Origin: Candidatus Latescibacterota bacterium | Lineage (GTDB): Bacteria; Latescibacterota; UBA2968; GCA-2709665 | Direction of reading: 5' to 3' | DNA: 64,000 bases | NCBI GenBank assembly: GCA_965219455.1 | Contig: OZ244744.1 | Location: 3,072,001-3,136,000, forward strand | Shown here: piece by piece, positions 41,540-51,040 of the stretch | How the letters are laid out: the number at the start of each line of letters is the position of its first letter | Position numbering within the stretch: the first letter of the stretch is position 1 | Translations under genes and position numbers: made by a program | Notes under the pieces: model-generated | Databases searched by the model: none | Told to the model about the DNA's origin: nothing | Seen by the model: only the letters and a program-made list of their open reading frames with translations

Positions 41540-43087
41540 TCAATCCAGGCGTGCCGCGTGCGGCTCTCGCCCGTTTGCAAGCGCCAGTTCGTAGCAGGCG
41601 GCCTCGCTGTCCGTGCGCACCAACAGATAGGGTGTGGCAAAGGCCGGGGGATTCCAGGTTTTGCCGTTGAAGGCCGTCATGCGCGCTAGTTCTACGTGGC
41701 GGTCGGGGCGAGCCTCGACCAGTATCACGTCGCCCGATTCGCTCATTATCAGAAGGACATCGTCTATCAGGATGAGCTGGCCGTGGCCGTAGCGCCCGCG
41801 CTTCCAGCGACGCTTGCCGTCTTGCGGGTCGAGGCACACCAGCACCCCATCGTCGAGGCCATAGACAAAACCGTCGCGATAGACCATGTTGGCAAATTTG
41901 GCCTTGATCCGGGGGCTTTTCCAGACGATATCGGTCGTCAAGCCGCCGTTGGGCGCGGCATTCACTTGATACAGCCTGGCTCCAATGCCATAGCCGGTGG
42001 AGACCAGAACCCGGTCCCCGGGCAAGGGCAGGGGATTGGCAATGCATTCGGTCCGATCCCATGGCTGACGCCAGAGGGGAGCTCCGCTCTGCGGATCGTG
42101 CGCGACAACGCTGTGGTTGTTAAAGATCAGGATCTGCTCGCGTCCAGCCAACGTGACCAGACGCGGCGAGCTGAAGCCGGCCTTGTCTGTGCCCCCACCC
42201 CAGACAAATGCGCCGTTTTGGCGGTGATAGGCCACGAGCGAGCGCTCATCCGGGCCTCCGGCACTGACCACGACCAGGGTGTCGAGGACCAACGGCGAAC
42301 AGCTAATGCCCCATATATGGGCCTCAGCCTGGTTGTCGGCGAGAATGTCCCGCGACCAGATCAGCGCCCCGCTGGCCAGATCCAGGCAATTGAGGATGCC
42401 AGTAGCGCCCAGCGTGAAAACCCGGTCTCCAGCGATGGTGGGCGTAGCGCGCGGACCGACGCCGGCTACGGCGGTCTCGTAGCGAGTCGAATCGGCGTGT
42501 TGCCAGAGCTTGCGGCCCGTTGCCAGGTCGTAGCAGACGACCTGCTCCTCGGAGCCGTGTTGCTCCTGGGTTACGGCCCGGCCGCCGACAATGGCAAACG
42601 AGGACCAGGCTGCGCCAACGGGGCGACGCCAGATTTCGCGCGGCGGGTGCCTGGTCCAGTCGCGCTCGAGGTGGACGCCGCGGAGGCGGTTGTTGCGCTC
42701 GGGGCCGAGAAATTGCGGCCAATCGCGGGCGTCGAGCGCGGTCGCGTCTCCTCCTTCGACCTCGGTGGCTTCGCCTTTGGTGCTCCAACGCCATTCGAGG
42801 ACCGGTACGAAGTCGCCGCTCATACCCTTAATGCGAATAAGTCCAATACCAAGCGCAATGACGAGGACGGCACCGCCGAAATAGCGCAGACGCCGTCCCC
42901 AGGCCAGCCGCGACGCGAAGAGCAACCAGAGCAATGCAAAGAAAATCGCGAGAATGAAGGTGGCCATGCTGCGCATGACCTGTTGCTGGCGATGGGGGGC
43001 TTCGGGCAACCAGATCAGCAGGAGCGCCAGGACGACGATGCCTCCGAGCAGATAGAGAGGCCATAAGCGAGGGCGGGTCGAGGACAT
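41540..43087 (-). CDS. PQQ-like beta-propeller membrane protein, copy 2
   Basis: Near-identical to 36738-38282; start MSSTRP at 43087. Confidence 0.85.
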   Translation of the reverse strand: MSSTRPRLWPLYLLGGIVVLALLLIWLPEAPHRQQQVMRSMATFILAIFFALLWLLFASRLAWGRRLRYFGGAVLVIALGIGLIRIKGMSGDFVPVLEWRWSTKGEATEVEGGDATALDARDWPQFLGPERNNRLRGVHLERDWTRHPPREIWRRPVGAAWSSFAIVGGRAVTQEQHGSEEQVVCYDLATGRKLWQHADSTRYETAVAGVGPRATPTIAGDRVFTLGATGILNCLDLASGALIWSRDILADNQAEAHIWGISCSPLVLDTLVVVSAGGPDERSLVAYHRQNGAFVWGGGTDKAGFSSPRLVTLAGREQILIFNNHSVVAHDPQSGAPLWRQPWDRTECIANPLPLPGDRVLVSTGYGIGARLYQVNAAPNGGLTTDIVWKSPRIKAKFANMVYRDGFVYGLDDGVLVCLDPQDGKRRWKRGRYGHGQLILIDDVLLIMSESGDVILVEARPDRHVELARMTAFNGKTWNPPAFATPYLLVRTDSEAACYELALANGREPHAARLD

Positions 43088-43255
43088 AGGTACTATACGC
43101 CTCCGGTGACGGTCTCCAAGCGGACTCAATCGCCGCTGGTGACCGAGCGGGCAATGGCGGCCATGGCCCGCATCGTTTGGGTTCCATCCTCCACATCGGC
43201 CCCAATTTGGGGCCGTAGCCCAACACGCCAATAGACAGGACTTGGCGGTCTCTGT

Positions 43256-43642
43256 TCACGCACTTTCGGTGGGCAAAATGGCGTAGGCTTCGATTTCGAC
43301 GACCAGATGCGGCTTTAGCAGCGCGGCTATGACAACAAGGGTCGAAGCCGGAAAAATCTTGCCAAACACCTCGCGGTGAGCGCGGGTGACGCCATCAGCG
43401 TGTGCCAAATCCGTGATGTACACGACCGTCCGCACCACGTCTTCGAGGCTGGCACCGGTCTCGTCGAGAGCTTTGGCGATGATCTGCAATGCGCCCCTGG
43501 CCTGCTCGTAGGCATCGCCCTGGTCGTCAGGCGGCTGGGCGCAGGTGCCAGCGACGTGGACGTGGCGGTCCACGCGCACGGCGCGCGAGTAACCGAATTC
43601 CGCGCCAAATGCGCCTCTGGTAGCTATGTTTTTTCGTTTCAT
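43256..43642 (-). CDS. RidA/YjgF family protein, copy 2
   Basis: Near-identical to 38413-38799. Confidence 0.9.
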   Translation of the reverse strand: MKRKNIATRGAFGAEFGYSRAVRVDRHVHVAGTCAQPPDDQGDAYEQARGALQIIAKALDETGASLEDVVRTVVYITDLAHADGVTRAHREVFGKIFPASTLVVIAALLKPHLVVEIEAYAILPTESA

Positions 43643-43903
43643 GGGTCTCCTTTATCCATGGCTTCCTCGACCGCCGCCCACACCTCCATGAGGGCCGCCA
43701 ACGTGCGCTCGATATCCGCGTGTTCGCATTCAATGGCCTTGATCTGGTCGGGCGAGGTGTTGACGCAATGCAAGCGCAGGCGCCGCCACCAGGAGTTTTT
43801 GCAGTTTCTCAACCATATCCACCAAGACGTCGAAGCCCTTCCTCTGGACGGACACGGCAGATTCCATCCTCCAGAAAATCCAGGTTGAGTTATGCCTCGG
43901 AGT

Positions 43904-44662
43904 TCACTCCACGTCCAGGATGTAGCGCGCCAGCGGCAAGAGCCGTTGCGCGGTTTCGGGCCGAAGGTACTGGCGCTGGTTCGTCTGCTGCGGGTGCTCG
44001 CGGGCGATAAAGGCGCAGTGCAGGGTGCGGCGGGGGGCGTCGCTGAGGTTGCGATATGAGCTGTGCAAGAGGCTGCCGTTGAATACGGCGACCGAGCCGG
44101 CGCGTCCAGTTAGTTGTACTTGATCCGGATGATCGGCCAGGGGATCGGCTACGTGGTCGGCGATTCTGCCGGGTTTGCGGTGGCTGCCGGGGACGCAGCG
44201 GGTCGCGCCGTTGACCCGGGTGAAATCGTCGAGCATCCACATGGAGTTGACGACGTGGTACGGTCCGCCAGGCGCGGTGGGCTGTCCCCAATCCGCGTGC
44301 AGGCCCTGTAGCCCGCTGCCGGGCAGTGGATCGTGCCCGTTGAGCGAGTGCAGCTTGAACGGCCGCTGCAAGACGTGAAAGACCGCCGTCAGCAGCGCTG
44401 GTTGCAGGTACACGGCGTCGAAGACCGTCCCCTTGTTGACCAGGTCGGCGAGGCGGCGCACGCCGTCCATCTGGGCGACCTCAGTACCGGCTTTGTCGCC
44501 CTCGAGGGCAAAGATCGCGTCAAAGGCATGGCGCAACCCGGCCAGCCAGTCAGGCGCGATGACGCCTTCCAGAATGACGAAGCCGTTGGTGTCCAGCGCG
44601 CTGTATTGCGCGGGCGTCAGCGACTGGGGGACGAAGCCCCTTTGCAACAATTCACTGTCCAT
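43904..44662 (-). CDS. Phytanoyl-CoA dioxygenase (PhyH) family protein
   Basis: 'LHADW', 'NGATRCVPGSH', 'LLHS…RR'; GAGG RBS before MDSELL. Confidence 0.88.
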   Translation of the reverse strand: MDSELLQRGFVPQSLTPAQYSALDTNGFVILEGVIAPDWLAGLRHAFDAIFALEGDKAGTEVAQMDGVRRLADLVNKGTVFDAVYLQPALLTAVFHVLQRPFKLHSLNGHDPLPGSGLQGLHADWGQPTAPGGPYHVVNSMWMLDDFTRVNGATRCVPGSHRKPGRIADHVADPLADHPDQVQLTGRAGSVAVFNGSLLHSSYRNLSDAPRRTLHCAFIAREHPQQTNQRQYLRPETAQRLLPLARYILDVE

Positions 44663-44676
44663 AGCGGATGTTCCTC

Positions 44677-44947
44677 GTGTTCTGTCACGGAAACAGATTG
44701 TCGAAAATCGACCGACCAGAAGCAGCAAAAACAGCTATCAGCTCTCAGCCGACAGCTTGAATCAAAAACCCAATCAGTTGACGTCAGCGCCGTGACCTCT
44801 CCCCTCTGCCCCCTCTCCTAAAGGAAAGGGGGAGGGAAAACGGGCGATGGCTTGTCAAGACATTTCACCTGGATATTTTCAACCATCGAAATGTTGCCAA
44901 CCATTGACAGTTCAGCCTTCCTTCAGGAAGGGGGATAGGGGTAGGTC
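44677..44947. mobile_element. Inverted copy of the composite MITE/REP arm
   Basis: Reverse complement of 17658-17924-type sequence. Confidence 0.6.
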
Positions 44948-44957
44948 TCGTCCTCAC

Positions 44958-45083
44958 TCCCGTCCGGCGACGTTTATCATCGATAGACGCGGCATAATCA
45001 CATACACGTACATCGGATCGAGTCAGTTTGATTTAGCCGAACAGGAAGAAATCTTGGTCCACCTGGATTCGCTGACGCCATGA
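44958..45083 (+). pseudogene. 3' remnant of a second peroxiredoxin-like gene
   Basis: 'RPATFIID..GII.Y.YIGS.QFDLAEQEEIL.HL.SLT' matches the end of 35768-36361. Confidence 0.75.
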
Positions 45084-45181
45084 GGTCCGATGTCTTCAGT
45101 TTTGAGCGGAAAGGAAATCCTCGTTTGTCTGTCCCGCACCCACGACTTGTACGCAACTCGTCAATTTAAGGGGTAACGAAG

Positions 45182-45481
45182 ATGTACAAAGACATAATCA
45201 GTTACGAGTTGGCAGAGAATATCTCGGAGGAACATCTATTGAATGTTGCCGGTGATGTTCTGGAGAATTGGATGAGCAAACAGTCAGGATTCAAAAAGTG
45301 GGAGATTCACCGGAATAGTGATGGAGGTTATACCGACATTGTTTACTGGGAATCAGAGGGCAACGCGAAGGATGCACAAGCAGACATGGTGAATATCCCA
45401 AACGCTACTGATTGGTATTCTTGCTATGAGGAAGGTTCAATTTCCAGCAAGAATCTCAATCAGGTAGCAACTTTCAAATAG
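45182..45481 (+). CDS. ABM-like dimeric alpha/beta-barrel protein
   Basis: 'KQSGF…YTDIVYWES'; AT-richer than flanks. Confidence 0.6.
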   Translation: MYKDIISYELAENISEEHLLNVAGDVLENWMSKQSGFKKWEIHRNSDGGYTDIVYWESEGNAKDAQADMVNIPNATDWYSCYEEGSISSKNLNQVATFK

Positions 45482-45565
45482 CAGGGGTCCGCCAGGAAAT
45501 CAATCCAAATCCCGCGTCGGCGGCTTGATTTCCAAAATATAATTCAATCTATCCAGGAGACGTCT

Positions 45566-46336
45566 ATGCTTTCACAGGAGCAAATGGCGCAGTATGACCG
45601 GGATGGGTATGTGCTGGTGTCGGGCTTAATTCCGGAAGAGACAATCGCCAATGCGGAAGCTGCGATGTGGTCCGTACTCGGGATGGACAGGGACGATCCG
45701 GCTTCGTGGTCTCCGTTGCCGGACGATACGGATGGGGTGACAACAACCGTCAGCCAGGGGGTGATTGAACATTTCGGGGTTCAGGATCCCGCGTTGCTGG
45801 CTTGTTGTACTCCCGCATTCTACGATGTGCAGAGCCAACTGGCCCGGGAAAATGCAGGCGCATTTCACTGTCAGAAACCACAGCCTGAGGCCGTGTGGGC
45901 ACGCAGTGTATTTCCGGTTTCGAAAGGCTGGGACTATCACAATGGGCATGCCGATGGTGGACATCGGTCCTTCAATGTCTTTCCCGGGTCATTCCGCGTA
46001 TCTTCCCTGACCTATCTCGATTCCGGTGTTGCGCAGGGCGGTGGTACCGCGGTCTGGCCAGGGGCCCACCGGAAACTCAGCGAGGCGGCGGTGCGTGACC
46101 CTGGCCGGTATCGAATGCTGTCGGATTTAAAGAACCCGCAGCAGAGGTTCGATCTGGGAGAGCCTGTTGAGCTGACGCCTTCCCGGGGAGACGTACTGTT
46201 TTTTCATTATCTTTTGGTGCACGCCGGATCTCTCAACACAAGCAACAAACCGCGTTTCGCCCTCCGGTGGATGTGCGCCTGCGACACCTGCCGCATCTGG
46301 GAAAAATACGGCAAGTGGAATATCTGGATGCCGTGA
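45566..46336 (+). CDS. Phytanoyl-CoA dioxygenase (PhyH) family protein
   Basis: 'QYDRDGY', 'GHADG', 'GGTAVWPGAH', 'GDVLFFHYLLVHAG..N..KPR'. Confidence 0.85.
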   Translation: MLSQEQMAQYDRDGYVLVSGLIPEETIANAEAAMWSVLGMDRDDPASWSPLPDDTDGVTTTVSQGVIEHFGVQDPALLACCTPAFYDVQSQLARENAGAFHCQKPQPEAVWARSVFPVSKGWDYHNGHADGGHRSFNVFPGSFRVSSLTYLDSGVAQGGGTAVWPGAHRKLSEAAVRDPGRYRMLSDLKNPQQRFDLGEPVELTPSRGDVLFFHYLLVHAGSLNTSNKPRFALRWMCACDTCRIWEKYGKWNIWMP

Positions 46337-46396
46337 TGGTGGCGTATGGACTAGGTGCAATGTTTCTGGGAACGTCCCGGAGCGGCCTCGGTATAG

Positions 46397-46520
46397 TGCT
46401 TAGTTGCATTATTTCCTGTCAAAACCTATAATGGGGGCATTCCATTCCCCGTGAGCCCAATCTAGTTGACGGAAGAAGAACGCACCACGCTGTCGCAGCG
46501 GACGCGGCCGGGTCCACCCA
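46397..46520 (+). mobile_element. Probable IS630 left-end remnant
   Basis: TAGTGC… end followed by 'LTEEERTTLSQRTR', resembling IS630 transposase N-termini; in-frame stop just before. Confidence 0.4.
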
Positions 46521-46787
46521 GGCGGTATGTCGTGGAAAGCGAGCGGCGCCTCATCGACTTGGTGTCCCAGCCGGCGCCTTGCTGGCGGAAACTACCCGCC
46601 GGTGTTGGTCCATTACGTGTGGAGCGTGTTGCGTCAGCATAGCATCCTTATGCGGCGACGACGGTCCCGTGAAGGGAGCGCCCATCTTGAGTTTTCGGCC
46701 AAGACCGCCGATTTCGTTGGGATTGTACCTTCGAGCACCAAGTGACGTCTCTTTCTCGGACGAATCAACCGAAGGAGAAAAATCACA

Positions 46788-48311
46788 TTGGCATCATACG
46801 ATTGGATCGACCTTGAGGCCATTGAAGGCTACGACCGTCTCATCCAAGTGCTTGACCCGGAATTCGATCCGAAGGGAATTGCAGAGAGACTCAGGTCTCA
46901 AGTCACCGATGCTGCCAAAGGCGTGCTTGTGGAGCACGGGTACGTCGACAAGGACTATCGGAGTACGTTCTATAACTTCTATGCGAAGATGGGCCGTCAG
47001 TACCGAACCGATTGCGTCCGACTGCATTTCTTTGACGGTTTCGTTCAATATAAGGAAACCCAAACTGACATCACCTGCAGCGACGGCCGTCTGCAAGACC
47101 ATTACTACGGATACATCGTGTTGAGACCAACGATCGTCGCCACTTTGGGGCGATCCGTGCTCTCTCCAGACATTCGTTTAGGCGCGCGCGGCAGAGCGAT
47201 CCAGTCCCTACACCACGTCAACCTGCTTGGTCATCGACTCCCCGTATGGGGTTTCCCGTCGATGGCTCAGCATGTTGACATCGCGGTCTGCGCTCATGTG
47301 TCGTGCTGGGCCATTCTCCGATATTACAGTGAGACATATTCGCGACATAGGGAGTATCTCGTCCACGACGTAACAAAGCTCGTCGCCCCGTTCGACCCTG
47401 GCGGATTGGTGCCGTCACTTGGCTTCAATGTCTTGGAAGCTGAACGTGTATTTCAGGCGGCTGGCTGTTTCCCGGTGCTCGTCGGCAAGCGTAATTCCTC
47501 TTCCGATGGGGCGTTTTTCTCCCAGTTGCTTGCCTATCTCGAATCGGGTTTCCCGTTGTTCGTTGCCATGCCCAGCGAGACCCACGCCGTAGTCATCGTC
47601 GGCCACAATTGGAAGCAAACCGCAATACCACGGCAGGCTTCGTCATCGCATGTCTGGACGCAAGTTGAAACACTGCTGACCGTAGACGACAACCTGCTTC
47701 CCTACGCTACCGTTCCGCTGTACTCGCCCGGAACTCAAGCCGGACAGCCGTCGTATTCCGCCGACTCGTTCGACGCGTTTATCGTTGCACTGCCTGACAA
47801 AATCTACTACCCCGCCGATGCTATAGACGCCTTGAGCCAGCGGGTCGAGGGATCCTTGGCGCGCGCGCGCGGACCAAGCCAGGAGCCGCTCGAGTTACGG
47901 CGTTATTTCATCACGACGGTCTCCAATCTTCGTGAGCACGCAAGCAACCACCGTACGAATCTCGGCGACGGCCTCGTCGGTCTATTGATGCATCTAGACA
48001 CGGCTAAATTCGTGTGGGTTGTCGAGTACTGCAGTGTCGCGCAATGGCAAGCCGGGCACGTTGCCGCAAGGGCGATCGTAGACGCTACCGCTAGTCCAAC
48101 GGACAAAGTGCCGATCTGGTTGCTACATGATGAGGAAGTGGCGCACGTCTTCGATCGGACGTCGGCAGAGATGAACCCCACGTCCATCCGCCTCAGTCGC
48201 ACTAACCTCGGACTTCTACCACGGATCGAGCTCAATCTGCGCCCGGTCCACGAATCACCGGCATCCACGAGTACGAGCGGAGGAGCCGCAGAAACTGGAG
48301 GAGACGAATGA
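46788..48311 (+). CDS. Papain/C39-like cysteine-protease-fold hypothetical protein
   Basis: 'AQHVDIAVCAHVSCW' (Gln…Cys), 'THAVVIVGH' (His), 'VDDN' (Asp); GAAGGAGA RBS before TTG. Confidence 0.6.
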   Translation: MASYDWIDLEAIEGYDRLIQVLDPEFDPKGIAERLRSQVTDAAKGVLVEHGYVDKDYRSTFYNFYAKMGRQYRTDCVRLHFFDGFVQYKETQTDITCSDGRLQDHYYGYIVLRPTIVATLGRSVLSPDIRLGARGRAIQSLHHVNLLGHRLPVWGFPSMAQHVDIAVCAHVSCWAILRYYSETYSRHREYLVHDVTKLVAPFDPGGLVPSLGFNVLEAERVFQAAGCFPVLVGKRNSSSDGAFFSQLLAYLESGFPLFVAMPSETHAVVIVGHNWKQTAIPRQASSSHVWTQVETLLTVDDNLLPYATVPLYSPGTQAGQPSYSADSFDAFIVALPDKIYYPADAIDALSQRVEGSLARARGPSQEPLELRRYFITTVSNLREHASNHRTNLGDGLVGLLMHLDTAKFVWVVEYCSVAQWQAGHVAARAIVDATASPTDKVPIWLLHDEEVAHVFDRTSAEMNPTSIRLSRTNLGLLPRIELNLRPVHESPASTSTSGGAAETGGDE

Positions 48312-48508
48312 ACCAAAAGCTCAAGGACTACTTGGGGAAATTCAGCCCGGCAACAGAGGACCAAACCATGCTCGATGACTTGCGCCAAGAGATGGAACAA
48401 GCCGTCCCGGAGATCGCTAAGAGCATCCGAGAGCGTGAGGAATTGGCTGCCGAATTACGAATTGCCGCATCAAAGCCGTCTCAGTCCGACAAGGACAAGC
48501 AGGATTAG
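48308..48508 (+). CDS. Small helical hypothetical protein coupled to the protease gene
   Basis: ATGA overlap; GGAGGAG RBS; coiled-coil-like composition. Confidence 0.65.
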   Translation: MNQKLKDYLGKFSPATEDQTMLDDLRQEMEQAVPEIAKSIREREELAAELRIAASKPSQSDKDKQD

Positions 48509-48864
48509 GGATCTGACGACGGACGCTTAAGCCTCTCGTACGCTGTAGTGATGATGGCCTCCAACGCATCGGCGCCGTGCTCATCGAGGTTCGGGTCTGC
48601 ACGGAGCAACCTCGACACCATGGCAACCGGTTCAGCGTCGTTCTTCGGTGCGGCCGTGAAATCCACGGGGTTGAGGCCCGACCACGCGCAAAGCGCCGTT
48701 AGGCTGGCGGCATCCGGTTGCCGCCCCTTCGACATCCTGGACAACGTCGACTGCGAGACACCTGTCTGCTCGCTTACCGCCTTCCAACTGATATCACGGG
48801 CCGTCACGGTAGCGCTTAGTGCCTTGTAGAAAGCTTTAAAGTCGAAGTTCAGACGCTGGGTCAT
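48505..48864 (-). CDS. XRE-family HTH transcriptional regulator
   Basis: 'ISWKAVSEQTGVSQSTLSRMSKGRQPDA'. Confidence 0.8.
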   Translation of the reverse strand: MTQRLNFDFKAFYKALSATVTARDISWKAVSEQTGVSQSTLSRMSKGRQPDAASLTALCAWSGLNPVDFTAAPKNDAEPVAMVSRLLRADPNLDEHGADALEAIITTAYERLKRPSSDP

Positions 48865-48958
48865 TATTGGCTGTTTCCCTTATGGTCGCAGGCCGGATGA
48901 TGGCACACTCTCGATTGATCCAGCCCCGAACGATTGACGGAGCCCCTTGGATACCACG

Positions 48959-50326
48959 TTATCCCTCCACTACCGGAAGTTCGAGCGCGTCACCCATGGC
49001 CAATCTGTGGACGCATTCCCTACATTCCGGATCACGACGCGGAATTACGCGTTGCGCCTTGCCGCGATGAAAATGGAAGTGCTGATAGGCTGCTTCTACT
49101 TCACCGGTTCGGAGCCCCAGGAAGTCGAATAGGAAGTCATTGACCGCATGTGCAGCAGCGACAGCGTTCAAGGTAATCACGCTAGGGTTGGCTTCCTGAA
49201 CTCCGTAGGCCTGTTCCTTGCGTTCCCTGTCCGACTTCGCCTCGATCGCCAGCTGCGTCGGATCAATCAGTCCGTTGCACCAAAGGCAGCCGGTGCCTGG
49301 CCTGATATGTCGCACCGCACACATGGCATCTTCGAGCTTGCCGCGATACCCTCGCCGTATCTTTGCACCCATTTGAATCGTAGGAATGAGATACTGGTGG
49401 GCAAGAGCATTGACGACGAGCCGGGCTCGCATGGAGTCTGCGGCCAGGAAGATGAAGTCACAATCGCGCAGAATCTGGGCGACGGACTGACGCGAAACGT
49501 CGGCGGCGACCGGATGCATCGTAGCATCAATCGCCATCTCGCGTGCGTGACGAATCGCGATCTGGGTTTTGAGTTGGCACGTTTCGACGTCAACGCGGGT
49601 CGCGCCAACCACACGAGAAAGGTTGCTGCTCTCAATCTCATCCGGATCGATGAGTACGAGGTTCCCGACCCCAAGTCGCGCAAGGTATTCCGCCACTAAT
49701 GAACCAACACCGCCGAGCCCAATGACAGCTACCTTGCTCGCTTTCAGGATCTGCTGTCCAGCCGCGCCGAACATACGTACTTGGCGATCATGCTCGCCGT
49801 TCGACCCACGCGCTCGGCGGGGTTTGGTGTAAAGCCTCGTAATCTCGTCTCCGACGATACGATAGGTCCCGAGAGATCGACGGCCGCCATCCGGCAGCCA
49901 GATATCGGCGGCGACCGAGCGTCGGCCATACACAAGTGCGCCAATCGGGACTCCGCGGCCAATGTCGAGGAGCGCGGGATAACCGCGCTCGTGGGATTCA
50001 ATATCGACGCGGCTGAAATCGACACGCCGACTGCTTCCGTGATTGTGGACAGCAAGGTAGGCTAAGCCCGAGTCCCGGCACTGGAGGATCTCGCGGTGAA
50101 TGAAGGTTGGAGACAGCGCTCGGTAGCCGTATTGGCCCGCGACGTAGTCCGTTCCAAACTCCGCCGGCTGAACATGCTGCACCAACAGGCGCATGTAAGA
50201 CCCGTTGCGCACGACGCCGGCGCGCAGGATTGCACCGTACTCGTCCCGGTCGCCGGGAAATAGGTGCTCCATGATTCGCTGGTGATTCTCGGAAGTCACC
50301 AGGATGTCGCAAGATTCCCGCGTCAT
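48959..50326 (-). CDS. JAB metallopeptidase - ThiF/E1 adenylyltransferase fusion
   Basis: JAB 'DEYGA…HNHGS…FSRVD'; E1 'GLGGVGS', 'DPDEIESSNLSR', 'CLWC…CREC'; ATGA overlap with upstream E2. Confidence 0.85.
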   Translation of the reverse strand: MTRESCDILVTSENHQRIMEHLFPGDRDEYGAILRAGVVRNGSYMRLLVQHVQPAEFGTDYVAGQYGYRALSPTFIHREILQCRDSGLAYLAVHNHGSSRRVDFSRVDIESHERGYPALLDIGRGVPIGALVYGRRSVAADIWLPDGGRRSLGTYRIVGDEITRLYTKPRRARGSNGEHDRQVRMFGAAGQQILKASKVAVIGLGGVGSLVAEYLARLGVGNLVLIDPDEIESSNLSRVVGATRVDVETCQLKTQIAIRHAREMAIDATMHPVAADVSRQSVAQILRDCDFIFLAADSMRARLVVNALAHQYLIPTIQMGAKIRRGYRGKLEDAMCAVRHIRPGTGCLWCNGLIDPTQLAIEAKSDRERKEQAYGVQEANPSVITLNAVAAAHAVNDFLFDFLGLRTGEVEAAYQHFHFHRGKAQRVIPRRDPECRECVHRLAMGDALELPVVEG

Positions 50327-50709
50327 CGGAGTTCCTCCAGGAAATGCAGTACTTTGACGAACTTGGCCACCGCCGTCTGAGGGTAGTTTTGAGTTTGATT
50401 GTTGCGCCTGGAAACCTGTAGGGCGGGTCGGTCGAAGAATTGGGCACCGGCAGTAACGGGCGGCTCGAAGGCCACGCCGTCCAAGCGACACACGTTGTCG
50501 CCGATGAACATTGGGTAAATGTCGGCGTATGGATAGAGTGGCGAGATATGGCCCCCTAGCCATGTGGACGAAGGATTATATCGTTCCCCAATGTTGACGG
50601 GTTCGACGACAACGTATGCGCCCCCGCTCCCGTCCTCCCGACTGCTTACATCCGAAGTCGGAAACGCCCGCTTCAGTTCCTCGATCGCGCTAGCGGCATC
50701 CTGCTTCAC
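50323..50709 (-). CDS. Prokaryotic E2/UBC-like protein
   Basis: 'YPYADIYPMF' UBC-like strand motif; 'QVSRRNN' active-site segment; lies between Ubl and E1. Confidence 0.65.
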   Translation of the reverse strand: MKQDAASAIEELKRAFPTSDVSSREDGSGGAYVVVEPVNIGERYNPSSTWLGGHISPLYPYADIYPMFIGDNVCRLDGVAFEPPVTAGAQFFDRPALQVSRRNNQTQNYPQTAVAKFVKVLHFLEELR

Positions 50710-50730
50710 GGTGTGTCCTAACTGATACGG

Positions 50731-51000
50731 TCAGCTGTTATCGTCCGCAGCGATGGCGGTGAAGGCTAGGTGTTCGGTCAACAGAACTTTGTCGTCGTTT
50801 CCGATCACCTTGCTCGATCCGTTCGGCAGTTGGACCTGCAGCACGAAGTTCAGCTGAATGTTGACATCCTGCTTGATGGCGGCCTCCTTAATCTCAAGTC
50901 CCGTCGCTGGTCCGGCAGGCATCGCGACCTTGTGGTCGTTGACTTCAATGGTAACGGTCTTGAGGCGAATGTCCTCTACCACAGCGTCTTTAGCTGTCAT
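50731..51000 (-). CDS. Ubiquitin-like (multi-ubiquitin-type beta-grasp) protein
   Basis: 'VTIEVND..V…TGLEIKEAA…FVL…KVIGNDDKV…FTA'; AAGGAG RBS; first gene of the E2-E1 operon. Confidence 0.7.
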   Translation of the reverse strand: MTAKDAVVEDIRLKTVTIEVNDHKVAMPAGPATGLEIKEAAIKQDVNIQLNFVLQVQLPNGSSKVIGNDDKVLLTEHLAFTAIAADDNS

Positions 51001-51040
51001 TTCTCTCTCCTTATGAAGATGGGTGTATGTTTGTAATAGA

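Noticed and set aside
43088-43259. N-terminal extension of PQQ copy 2 (563 aa)
   Set aside because: Copy 1 lacks it; the interval looks like a decayed oxidoreductase stub ('LSIGVLGYG') in another frame
50327-50563. N-terminal extension of the E1 ORF (534 aa)
   Set aside because: It overlaps the E2 gene; ATG 50326 has a GGAGG RBS and ATGA coupling
48505-51000. CBASS Cap2/Cap3 or ThiS/MoaD sulfur-carrier interpretation
   Set aside because: No CD-NTase, effector, or thiamine/molybdopterin/cysteine synthesis genes; a separate Ubl and E2 are present and the Ubl lacks GG
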